A stretch of DNA of 39,806 nt, from contig JAQGDQ010001462.1 of NCBI GenBank assembly GCA_030141605.1, positions 1-39,806 of the forward strand, in the 5' to 3' direction. Below, one piece after another: positions 11,586-22,303 of this stretch. The notes under the pieces are model-generated. The model ran no database searches and was not told the origin of the DNA. It saw only the letters and a program-made list of their open reading frames with translations. The DNA is from Tubiluchus corallicola. Taxonomy: Eukaryota > Animalia > Priapulida. The first letter of the stretch is position 1; each line of letters opens with the position of its first letter. Made by a program: the position numbers and the translations under genes.

Positions 11586-12182
11586 GAGTGCTATTTCACG
11601 AAATGTGACAGCGGCAAGAATATCAGGAAGAATTTTGAAAGGGCTGGTCCTGCTGTTGACTTTGCTCACCTTAGGCAATTGAAAAAATCCGAAATCCGAA
11701 CACTTCTGACGGATCCGGAAATCTTTGAAAGAGTTTTTATAAACAACTGCGTGTTTATTGGCTGGCAGAGGTTTAGATGCTATCCAGACAATGTGGAAAT
11801 CATTTTTGACAGGCACAAACCTTCCGTTTTTATTGACACAACAAGGAGCAGAAATGGTCGTCCCGCCAGTGTAAGTTTCTGCTCATTCTACGTGGTGGCA
11901 GCCAATGATATGAGTGCCACAATCTCCATATATGCACAGGACAAGGAGTTGGCTTTGAAACACGCCCTAGCGCAGGTGCTACACGCTGCTGCCATCTACT
12001 GGGCGTTTGACATCAAATTCATGTTTCATCTCTTCTGTAGATTGAGGAGGTCGGAATTGCAGAATGAACTGGGAAGAGTTGGACTGCAAGAAAGCACTTG
12101 GCATAGAAGGAAAGATCCTCGCATGATAGGCACCTGTGTACTTCTGTCCCAAACGAGAGAAATGCCTGTTGCTAAACTATAA
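11586..12182 (+). CDS. NAT16-like: NAT16/HISAT-like GNAT acetyltransferase, paralogue B, last coding exon (C-terminal domain, ends in PTS1-like AKL)
   Basis: Acceptor tttttacag|GAG, phase 0, inside ORF 11562..12182. Joined CDS is 14+148+243+597 = 1002 nt = 333 aa plus stop. Confidence 0.85.
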   Translation, partial: ECYFTKCDSGKNIRKNFERAGPAVDFAHLRQLKKSEIRTLLTDPEIFERVFINNCVFIGWQRFRCYPDNVEIIFDRHKPSVFIDTTRSRNGRPASVSFCSFYVVAANDMSATISIYAQDKELALKHALAQVLHAAAIYWAFDIKFMFHLFCRLRRSELQNELGRVGLQESTWHRRKDPRMIGTCVLLSQTREMPVAKL

Positions 12183-12776
12183 TCAACTTTTGTTTGGCAT
12201 ATTGCCAAGACAAATGCCTATTGCTAAACTATAATCAACGTTTGTTTGGCATATTGCCAAGAGAAATGCCTGTTGCTAAACTATAATCAACTTTTGTTTG
12301 GCATATTGCCAAGACAAATGCCTGTTGCTAAGCTATAATCAACTTTTGTTTGGCACATTGCCAAGAGAAATGCCTGTTGCTAAACTATAATCAACTTTTG
12401 TTTGGCATATTGCCAAGAGAAATGCCTGTTGCTAAACTATAATCAACTTTTGTTTGGCACATTGCCAAGAGAAATGCCTCTTGCTAAACTATAATCAACT
12501 TTTGTTTGGCACATTGCCAAGAGAAATGCCTCTTGCTAAACTATAATCAACTTTTGTTTGGCACATTGCCAAGAGAAATGCCTTATTGCTAAACTATAAT
12601 CAACGTTTGTTTGGCACATTGCCAAGAGAAATGCCTGTTGCTAAACTATAATCAACGTTTGTTTGGCACATTGCCAAGAGAAATGCCTGTTGCTAAACTA
12701 TAATCAACTTTTGTTTGGCACATTGCCAAGAGAAATGCCTCTTGCTAAACTATAATCAACTTTTGTTTGGCACACT
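12157..12776 (+). repeat. 52-bp tandem array, 12 copies, overlapping the stop codon of paralogue B
   Basis: Unit GAGAAATGCCTGTTGCTAAACTATAATCAACTTTTGTTTGGCA(T/C)ATTGCCAA; AATGCC recurs at 12161, 12213, 12265 ... 12734. Confidence 0.97.
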
Positions 12777-13654
12777 ACCAAATCCAGTTGGTCAACTGTA
12801 GTTGAGTTGTCAAATCCAGCGTATGTTGTGGCCATTTAACTGTGCCTAACTTCACTAAGCCAACTTACTCATCTTTGTGTAACGCCATTTAGTAAAATAG
12901 TTTCTTTTCTGAATATAATTGTGCATTCGGAATATTTTTAGGGCATACGCAGGACAAAAATTAAAACTAGTAGGGCCTGAACACACATGTTTTACGGTCA
13001 TTGTTAGCCATGACAGCGAAATTACAGCACTGAAAGAGTGAAACAATATAGCTGCACTAGTTCTTTATAAAAATCATGTTTTTGTCATGGCGGCCATCTT
13101 AACAAGAATCCCTGGTGAGTGTCACACGTGACGTGAAAACTAATCGGCAGTTTTCTAAGTGCAATAAAAGACAAACTTTAAACCAAAACTGAACCGCAAT
13201 CAGAAGCTGCAGGTCAAAACAATCTACCCTTTAAAATATTGAAAGGAAACATACTGTTTTTTCAAGAATGACTTACGTGAAACAATTAATACCATATAAA
13301 CACAATTTTGCATTCACGCCACTAGTTCTTAGCCGTTACATGCATTTCGCCATTCATTTAGTTAGACGGGTACCAGCGCCTGCATTTCGTAAAATGCATT
13401 GCACAAAAACAGGCGCTGTACCTATCAATTCAGATGTTTTAGTTTGTGACAAACTACACACGTTCGACAGCTCATGCATGAGCACTGCGTAGTTTTACCA
13501 CAACACACTGAATATCTTACAGTAGTACTGTACTTCAATTTTCGCTTTTGTAAACATGTGCAGGTTGCATCATCTCCTGCCTAATTTGGCATCCAAACAG
13601 CAGCAACAGCAACAGCAGTAGCAACAACAGAAGCAGCAGCAGCTATGACAGTAA

Positions 13655-13985
13655 TAAGCCTTTTCACAGTTTCGTTGTGTGCGCGCACAGTTGCTGTAGG
13701 TCAAAGGTTAAGTGTACCGCAGGCAACGCGCCTTAAGTACAACCGTCACATGACGTGTGTAAAACAAAGCCGTCTGTGGTATCATTTCAGTAACTTCAGT
13801 TGTTTTACGTGGACTTTACTTAACTATGCATTAGTCTGTGCGTAGAGTAATTTACTAGCAGGATCTTGCTTAGGAACAAGAAAAAAAGAAGTAGGTAATG
13901 TTCTAGCTAACTGTTAAAACTGTTATTATTACAATGGCATGGTCTGCGAGGAGTTGTCAAGTGTACACAAATACGTTGTCTGGCA
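13655..13985 (+). mobile_element. Long-TIR MITE family, truncated copy (left arm plus centre)
   Basis: Starts TAAGCCTTTTCACAGTTTCGTTGTG; colinear with 18583-18912 and 36600-36932. Confidence 0.8.
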
Positions 13986-14659
13986 GCCCTCAGAGTGAAA
14001 ACTGGCAAAAGATAACTTACTAGTCTGAAAGAGTCGTTTTATGCATTCCATACAGTGCCTAGGTAATGTATAAAATAGCTAGGAAAAGTTCGATTCATTA
14101 TGTTCATTATGCTCATTAAACACATTACCAAAGCCATTTTACACATTTTATATAAATCCTAGCTATTATACAGAATGTCTAGCTAGGTCAGGTGTGAAAG
14201 AGCCACAGCAAAAAGATTTATTTCACACTTATCCCAAAATGCATACCTAGGACTTTTACACATTACCTGTAACATCTACATTATCATTTTGCATTGGTTT
14301 CCTAAAGTATTTATGCGAAAAATTGCTATGCTCTTATAGCTAAGCTAGGTGTGTTAGCATAATTTCTAGATTTAATAGATTTATTTCGCAATAAACATAT
14401 ACATATACATTACAAGTGCATCAAAAATCAGTTTTTGTTAATACGAAAATATGATGCAATTCACGAATTCTGTGCTAGAGACCTAAGAAGTTAGTTTATG
14501 GTAGGCCACTAGAATTAGTTACAAAAAATACAATATATACAGATACAATGTTACAACATATACAAATATAAATACGGATGGCAAGTAATAAAACTATTAT
14601 TATACTAGAGGGGAAGTTTTTGAAAAGGGAAAACAACAAATTAAAATTGAGTGATCAGT

Positions 14660-14985
14660 TATATGTTTCAAGTAAGTTTAATTTATAATTTTTTTAAATA
14701 TGGACAGCGAGTTGGCTTTTTAAATAGCTGGAGCAATTGAATTCCATATGTAAGGGCCATTGTATTTAATGTAAAAATTTCTAACATTAGTGTTGCACTG
14801 TATCTAGTGATAGTTAAGTCTATAACGTAATTATGTATCTCAGCATTCAAACAAAAATAATCAGTAAATAAGGGAGGTAATAATTTATGAGAGAATTTGT
14901 ACATGAAAATGGCAGTTTGGAACTTATTAATGTCATAAATGTTTAGAAAGTTTAGTCTTTTAAATATTGGTGGTGTATGGTCAAT
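14660..14985 (-). mobile_element. Degenerate 3' fragment of an L2/CR1-group LINE ORF2
   Basis: The - strand reads HTPPIFKRLNFLNIYDINKFQTAIFMYKFSHKLLPPLFTDYF followed by a frameshifted WNS..SLSIFKK segment, typical of L2/Crack-type C-termini. Confidence 0.7.
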
Positions 14986-15330
14986 GATGCATTATTTTTG
15001 TTTTAAACTTAAAGACCTATATGACCCCACAGACATTAAAGTTTTTTTAATACATCATTATAACTACACAAAGAATTCATAGCTATTATTCAAACAAAAA
15101 TAATCAGTAAATAAGGGAGGTAATAATTTATGAGAGAATTTGTACATGAAAATGGCAGTTTGGAACTTATTAATGTCATAAATGTTTAGAAAGTTTAGTC
15201 TTTTAAATATTGGTGGTGTATGGTCAATGATGCATTATTTTTGTTTTAAACTTAAAGACCTATATGACCCCACAGACATTAAAGTTTTTTTAATACATCA
15301 TTATAACTACACAAAGAATTCATAGCTATT
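14845..15330. repeat. Essentially exact 243-bp tandem duplication (14845-15087 / 15088-15330)
   Basis: Directly visible; junction microhomology ATT(C/A)AACAAAAA at 14845, 15088 and 15331. Confidence 0.9.
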
Positions 15331-15733
15331 ATTAAACAAAAAGACTTAGAAATTAAATAACTAATCTTTTTCTGGCGAATTTCGAACGCGTATATTGCCG
15401 TAAAGATCGCCATGTTTCACGTCTTCAGCGAGAGTAAGCGAGAATGACCTACGAGATACAGAAAGCGTCTTTGGTTACCGATGTTTGTTTACAGATCTTT
15501 GGTGACCTCGTGACTGTACTCATGACGTCATTCGTCCCGCGGTTCTTCCAATTTAAAACCGCTAGCAACGAAGTGATAAAAAAATCAAAGAAACAAGTTT
15601 TACAGCAAGTTTATAATAAAATAAATTGAAAATTCGTAACGACAGTAGGATTTTACGTTGTTAAAGCTCATGTTATAGTGAGGGTTTAGTTTGACTTTAA
15701 CTTTCAAATAACCCTGAGTCCTTTGCAGATGGC

Positions 15734-16003
15734 CGGTATTAAACTCACAGCAAAAAAGTCACAATTTTGGCTAGGAAAAAAGTCACAATTTTGGCTAGGC
15801 AAAAAGTCACAATTTATTTTCCGTAGGGTGACGGCTATGGTTAGCATTAGAATTAAGGTTATTTCTTTTTTTCAATGCCTTTTTTCCTACGTCTTTTTTC
15901 CCTATAATTTTTTTCCTGTGACTTTTTTCTGTAACTTTTTGCCTGTGATTTTTTTCCTGTGACTTTTTTCTGTGACTTTTTTGCCTGTGGTTTTTTCCTG
16001 TAT
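15734..16003. mobile_element. Small non-autonomous element with inverted subterminal short repeats (AAAAAGTCACA.. / ..TGTGACTTTTT)
   Basis: 23-bp repeats AAAAAGTCACAATTTTGGCTAGG on the left and ~14-bp CCTGTGACTTTTTT repeats on the right in opposite orientation. Confidence 0.55.
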
Positions 16004-16870
16004 TCGTTCTTTGCAATACAATGACCATTAGAAAACAGCAAGCTATTGCCCATTGTGTTCGCTACCCTTTCTCCTGCACCCCCCCCCCTAACTCTTTTCT
16101 TTATGCTTAATTTATCCTTTTTTATCCATAACTATAAAAATAATAGTGAATTTGTATACTGGTGTAAATGAAAATGTCTATGTAGTCACTCCCTTTCAAC
16201 TTTAAAAAAACTGTCAGAAGAGAAATATTTCAAAAGTATTGAGAGTAACACAATTTGGTAATGGTAATCACCTGCATTCTTTTTCCACAGTAATCTTAAT
16301 AAAACGTGACTATGCTCAACAGGTTACTGAACACTTTATAATCATGATCACAGTTTTTCTTAGTTCTCGCTCCACTTCATCTTTCATTCACTACTCCCCC
16401 CCCCACTTTTATGTATATATTATCATTATTTCAATGATTAATCACTTCTTTAAGATTTCCACGTACAGTTTGGCCTGTCAAGCTATGCTTTTAGGCTCAA
16501 ACTGTATGCATCAAAATTATTCTGTAATGTAATTTGCACATGTATATGCTGCATAAGAATCTCCTTTGTAATTTCTGGATAATATTGCATTTATATTTAT
16601 ATTTACTTCAGTGAAATTATCTGTATTTTTATTATAACTGTTAGATGCAGAGTGGAAATAAATAAACTTATAAACTTAAACTATGTCATTGTGGTTAAAA
16701 ATTACAAAAGAATGCTGGTAGATTCTCATAAACAATGCCGCTTGAACAATGAGAAAGCAAACATTGAAATAGAACACACAGAGTGGGCTAATTATGATAA
16801 GTACTACAATAGCTTTATTACGCTTTTGCTGTTTTCATGTTTTTGAATCGAATTCGTTGGAGTTGTAATA

Positions 16871-18334
16871 ATGAAACTGCCTCCGCTGGTGCAGAAGATT
16901 TTGGTGATAAAAATACTTTTAGGTTTTGAGATATCTTTTAGCCATGTTACTTCTAAAACTCAAACTCAGAAAGTGGTGGTCAACCGAAATTCCTCGGTTA
17001 CGCTTGAATGCGCGTTTTTTCCACCGGGCGAAGGTTCTCCTCGAGTAAAGTGGTATCGAAGAAATGAAGATGTTACTTCACAGTTAACTGAACAAAACTC
17101 CAGATACAAATGGAAGAGTCCAGCTTGCAGTTCTTCAGGCGAATGCAGCTTGATAATTAGCCGTGCTGAAATAATGGACAATGGTACATGGTTCTGCGAA
17201 ATCGATAGTGACCAAGGTCAGCCACCAAGGTCACAAGCTTCACAACTGATTGTAGCAGTAGCTCCAAGCAGCATTACACTTAATTCTGAAAGTGGTGAAA
17301 TAACGAATAACAGGCGCTTGAATGCAATGAGTGGAAAATCTTTCCAACTGCAAGTTAGCATCAACGATATAAATCCTGAACCGAGAGATAATATTTACTG
17401 GTATCGGTGGAATTATCCCTATGACAGCCAGGGAACACTCCTTAAGGGACAACAGCTTAGCAGTGTGAAAGTAAATGGGTTGTTTAGTGTGAATAGCACA
17501 ATTATCATTCCCATCTTAAGTAAAAATGACCATCGTGCACGGCTGATGGTGATGCTACATCATTTGGAAGAAAATCACACACGAGTTACAGAACTCAATG
17601 TAACTTATGCCCCCACCATCACATCCCATATGTCTGGTAGCATTGTCGTTAAAGAAGGTAGTACAGTTTCTTTTGATTGTGAGGTTGATGCTAACCCGTC
17701 CGCTGATGTAAAATGGGTGTCAAAATTTGATGAAGGGACTTTTGTGTACAAGAATCAACGGTTAAACCTTTCGAATGTGGAAAAGGGAAACGAAGGCGTG
17801 TACTTCTGCACTGCAGAAAACTATCTTGGCAAAACTGCTTCTGAACAATTTCGAGTAACTGTACACCTTGAATACGCTCGCTATAAAGACAATGCAGGGT
17901 TGGTTCCTACAGTTGTAGTGATTGCGGTTGTAGTAACGTTTGCCTTGTCAGTGCCTGCTCTCTGCAGTAGTACAAGGCAGATGTTTGGTAGAAAGCACAA
18001 AGAACCAAGCCACACTCCTTCAGAAGAATTGATTGCGAAAAAAGTGCTTGACACTAAGGAATGGATCGCTTTAAAGGAGACGTTATTAGTAGAGGAATCA
18101 AAGTTAGATCCGAAGCCAGTCGAAGAGAGACGCGAAGCACCTTGGACAATTGACAGAGTTGATAGCGTCTTGCAGTCAATTAGGAAAGGAAGAGGGCCTG
18201 GAACCCATAGTGATAATGCCAGTAAGGTGGCGGTTGAATCAGCGATCCAGCTACTAGATCTAGATGTTACATGTCCTGGTCCTTCTGGTTCAAACTCTGC
18301 AAAGGAAAAAGAAATTTCTGCTTTTCATTCTTAA
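16871..18334 (+). CDS. Single-exon immunoglobulin superfamily type I membrane protein (signal peptide, V-type Ig, C2-like Ig, I/C2 Ig, TM, ~120-aa tail; nectin/CADM/Kirrel-like layout)
   Basis: 487-aa ORF. Ig1: VTLEC47..W61..DNGTWFC109. Ig3: FDC270..ANP..W282..EGVYFC313TAENYLG. Hydrophobic segment GLVPTVVVIAVVVTFALSVPAL (aa 343-364); several NxS/T sites. Confidence 0.92.
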   Translation: MKLPPLVQKILVIKILLGFEISFSHVTSKTQTQKVVVNRNSSVTLECAFFPPGEGSPRVKWYRRNEDVTSQLTEQNSRYKWKSPACSSSGECSLIISRAEIMDNGTWFCEIDSDQGQPPRSQASQLIVAVAPSSITLNSESGEITNNRRLNAMSGKSFQLQVSINDINPEPRDNIYWYRWNYPYDSQGTLLKGQQLSSVKVNGLFSVNSTIIIPILSKNDHRARLMVMLHHLEENHTRVTELNVTYAPTITSHMSGSIVVKEGSTVSFDCEVDANPSADVKWVSKFDEGTFVYKNQRLNLSNVEKGNEGVYFCTAENYLGKTASEQFRVTVHLEYARYKDNAGLVPTVVVIAVVVTFALSVPALCSSTRQMFGRKHKEPSHTPSEELIAKKVLDTKEWIALKETLLVEESKLDPKPVEERREAPWTIDRVDSVLQSIRKGRGPGTHSDNASKVAVESAIQLLDLDVTCPGPSGSNSAKEKEISAFHS

Positions 18335-18582
18335 CTTTAATGGTAATCGACTATTTTGTGTGAGAATTGTGCCAGTCCATGTTTACAGACAACTCAATTC
18401 AGTTCTTCTTTATTTTTGTAAAAGGTCCATATAAATATAAAGGAATTTGCATGCATAAAGTTTACAGACTACAGTATGTATATTTGGAAAAAACAAAATG
18501 AATATATTACAAAAAAGTTAATAAGCCTAAACTGATATAATTATATGTGCTATTAAAAAGAATTGGTGATGGGGGAAACGAA

Positions 18583-19132
18583 TAAGCCTGTTCACCGTTT
18601 CGTTGTGCGCACGCGCAGTTGCTGTAGATCAAAGGTTAGGAATACCACAGTAACGCGTCTTAACTACATCCGTCACGTGACATGTGCGTAAAGCAAAGCC
18701 GTTTGCCGCCTCACTTCAGTAATTTCGGTTTTTTACGTGGACTTTACTTGATTATGCTTTAGTCTGCGCCAAGTGTAATTTACTAGCAGGATCTTGCTTG
18801 GGGACAAGAAAAAATAAACTAGGTAAGGTTCTAGCTAGCTGATAAAACATGTTACTATTACTATAGCATAGGTTGCGAGGCATTGTCAAGTGTACACAAA
18901 TACGTTGTCTGGTACACTCAACCATTAACCTTTTCACGATCATCATCCACGATTAATCCATAATTAAGTAAAATCCACGTAAAACAATTGAAGTTACCGA
19001 ACTGACTCGGCAGACTGCTTTGCTCTACGCACATGTCACGTGGTGATTGTAGTTAAGATGCTTGCTGTGGGACACGTAACCTTTAACCTTCAGCAACTGC
19101 GCGTGCGCACAACGAAACTGTGAAAAGCCTTA
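18583..19132 (+). mobile_element. Long-TIR (foldback-type) MITE, complete copy
   Basis: Imperfect inverted arms of about 170 bp: TAAGCCTGTTCACCGTTTCGTTGTGCGCACGCGCAGTTGCTG ... CAGCAACTGCGCGTGCGCACAACGAAACTGTGAAAAGCCTTA; further copies at 13655 and 36600. Confidence 0.85.
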
Positions 19133-19165
19133 CTGGACCCAGCAACAATGCGTGATAGCCTAAAT

Positions 19166-19554
19166 CAGTGGTTCCCAAACTTTCTCGGACCGTTACCCAA
19201 ATCGGGAAACCCGGTCGTGTCCATTACCCCCCACCTAGTACTACTTCTCCAACTCAAAAAGTAAACACACGTATATGCCACAAGCAAGAAAATTATTTAT
19301 GTTTGCTCGCGACATAAATAAATTTCCAGGTGTTGTTGTTGTATTGTTGCCAAAACAAGAATTACAATTACTGAACCTGCTCATTACTGAGTGAGCAGGT
19401 TCGTTCGAGTAATTATTACTCGAACAAACGAAAACAAGAAGAAATGAATGACAACAACAAAATCTCAGTTAGTGGGACGGGTGCCCGTTAACACCCCCCC
19501 CAAAAAGACATATTACCCCCGGGGGGTAATTTACCCCTACTTTGGGAACCACTG
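19166..19554. mobile_element. hAT-superfamily (Charlie/Buster-like) MITE
   Basis: Perfect TIR CAGTGGTTCCCAAA / TTTGGGAACCACTG and perfect 8-bp TSD GCCTAAAT (19158-19165, 19555-19562). Confidence 0.93.
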
Positions 19555-19990
19555 GCCTAAATGATGAAAAATTCCAAATATCCACACTTCGTTTTCTTTA
19601 GATGAAACAGTGAACAATATAAATTTAATGAGAAAACATTTTAATTAAAACCAATCGCTGTTAATTGGCTGTTTGCTGCTGCATGTAATAACTTAAATGT
19701 CGCTTCAGTTTCTCCATTAAGAATTTGCAGACTTGAGAAACACGAAAACTTTTAGTGTTCTAGTTTTGCTTTTGACAGTACTGCAGGAAATTTTTAGCTT
19801 GCATATATATATATATATAAGCAGAAGGTTTCTGACATTTTCATACAAAAATAGTATTGCAGGCTACAAAATTTTCTACACTTTTCTTATATACATATGT
19901 ATATACATATATTATTAACAGCCAGCACACATTTAAACAAAGACATGACTTTTATTCTAACACAAACATCTGCAAGTTTTGACCAGTTAA

Positions 19991-20672
19991 AGCACAAGAA
20001 AACCCTTCATAAACGTAAAGGTTAAAAAATTCGTTTTGAAATTTTATATCACTTACATACTGCCTTTTTGCATGCAGGACTTCAATCGGCAGTCACGCTG
20101 TATAAAACATGTAAATTTAAACTCCCGCGATGACCGTTAGACGCAGCTGTTTTCATGACAGGTCATTTGAAACAAGTTTAGATAACATTTTATAAAGTTT
20201 GAAAAAATAATCAGAGCATTCGTAACGCACAAGTCATTAACTATATAAAATTTAAAATTACTGTATCTTGTCAATATGATTAAAAATACGTTTTTTGGTT
20301 AGTGAGTGGTGCACCCTGGAGGGTGAGTCAACGACATTTTACAAATTGGTGAAAACATTTTAAATAATTAATAATTTTCTTTTCTAGTTACATAAGTCTT
20401 TCTAGTGGTAAGCGAAAATCTAAGTAATATAGATTTGCACGGAAAGTCTTTTGAGATATAATTTAACATTGCCTTTTCTTCCCTTGATTTACGTTTGGTG
20501 CATGACGTCATGTAATGGCGACTTCGGAACAGTATTGCGGGAGATTTAAAATGAAAACAAACAAAAATTTCTTTTAATGCAAGTACGATATACGCATAAA
20601 ATTGCTATGAAGTGATATAATTTTTTAAGGCGATTTTTTTGAGACCTACTTCAAGTACCCCCTTTCTTGTCC
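19991..20672 (+). mobile_element. Kolobok-like non-autonomous element, copy 1
   Basis: TTAA|AGCACAAGAAAA left end; reverse complement of 31403-32087 over its whole length; right TTAA not preserved. Confidence 0.8.
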
Positions 20673-21331
20673 ATGTTCACACAACAATCCACCTAAATAA
20701 AAACAGAGTGAGAAAAAAATACAAAAATCAACATTGTGGGAAGAAACAAGAGAAAATGTTATGCACAGTCTACTATAGACGAATGTTTAGCTAGTAATAT
20801 GAATAGGTACTGTAAGTACTGCGGGATGGGAAAGCCACACGCCTGTCCTTCAACAAGTGCATAACTTGGAAACCAGGTTGTCGTCCTAGTTTTATTTCGA
20901 CGGTTTCAGTCGGCACGTCTATAGCTATGAAGTAAAGACGTTTGCTCTGTGACCTGCGGACTATGTAATGTGTTGCAGTTTGGCATTTAGCATTTTATAT
21001 AGGTTTTATATATAGCATTTTACATAGCACAACATAGGTGGCGCCACGGTGATTGTACGTGGACATGTTTTTTCCGACGTTAATTAAAAATTCTAAACTT
21101 TCATATAAATTCGACCATATTATAACTTTTTTTTCGTAAATTTGTGCAAAAATAAAGTGATAACAACAACTGTCACATTAAGTCATTATTATACTGATTA
21201 CGTGATAGACTCTATACTCACGATGTAAAGTGCTTGACTTGTATGCGGGTGATTAATGCTGTGGCAAACTACCAAGTAAAACGTAAAGCCAAAGGTCTCA
21301 TTTGCGTCAAAACGATTTTTATGGGAGCATA

Positions 21332-22303
21332 ATGAGTCATACAGTTACCAATCCTAAGCGTCGTAATTTAAGAAGTTCAGCAAGCGGATCTCTGAATAAG
21401 GGTAGTTATAGTAATCAACAGTTATCAGCTAGTATGGAAAACAATACTTTTGACGATCGCAGTGCTGAATTGTCTCCTAAATGTGGATCATGTAGTGAAG
21501 AAGTATAGCGGGATGATCAGGCCTTGCAGTGTGAAATATGTTGCTTTTGGCATCATGTAAAATGTGAGAATGTGGATTCAAAAACCTATAAAATACTTAT
21601 GAAAGGCAATATGAATCTTCATTGATATTGTAACAAATGTAACACCACCTTTGCTTCGATATTGTCATCTATTGCTAAATTAGAGGAACAACATCGTGCA
21701 CTAAAGGCTCGAGTAGATAAAATTACCGATGATGTTCATAGTTGTGCGGACAAGGTGATGGGTGTATCTGCAAAAATGAGCGAGCTAGAAAATTCGATTG
21801 ACAACACCATTAATAGTAAGGTGAATTCCCAAATAGTAAATGAAGTGCAAGAAATGCGGGAACGTGAAAAAATAAAAACACGGCTTGTGTTAGGAAATGT
21901 ACCCATGGTGGATTCTAATCTAAGCAAGCATGAGCTACAACAAATAAAGGATGAGATGATAAATGCTTTCTTGGATAAAATTGGTGTCAGTAATGTAAAG
22001 CCTGTTACCAATATATTTCGTCTGAAAGCTAAAGATCAAAAAGGTAACGACATGCTCAAATTCCAAGTTGAGTCTTATGCAGATAAAACAAGGATTTTAG
22101 AAGCATATCGTGAGACTTGTGACTCAGACAATTGTGAAATTGGAAATATGTTTGTGCGGCCAGATTTAACTTTCAAACAGCGTGAAGAAAGAAAGGTACT
22201 CATGAAGGAATTAGAAGAAATGAAAAAACGCGAGCCGTCAAAAAACTGGAGCATCAACTACGCCAGAGGAGTTGTCTACGAATGGAAAAAGAAACAGAAC
22301 TAG
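21332..22303 (+). pseudogene. LINE ORF1 (PHD finger, coiled coil, RRM-like region) with two in-frame stops
   Basis: One frame: CGSC..(TAG 21506)..CEICCFWHHVKC..H(TGA 21623, at the expected Trp)YCNKC, then a coiled coil, and the ERE..RLVLGNVP and FVRPDLT..QREERK motifs. Confidence 0.88.

Noticed and set aside
12157-12776. CRISPR-like array with palindromic repeat
   Set aside because: Units are contiguous 52-bp tandem copies with no spacers.
13655-19132. Composite transposon carrying the Ig gene between two MITE copies
   Set aside because: The right-hand copy is complete on its own, the copies are diverged from each other, and no distinctive shared TSD brackets the unit.
21506-21625. Stop-codon readthrough, selenocysteine or alternative genetic code in LINE ORF1
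   Set aside because: TGA at a Trp position is a single TGG>TGA change, the same element has a frameshift, and neighbouring genes use the standard code.
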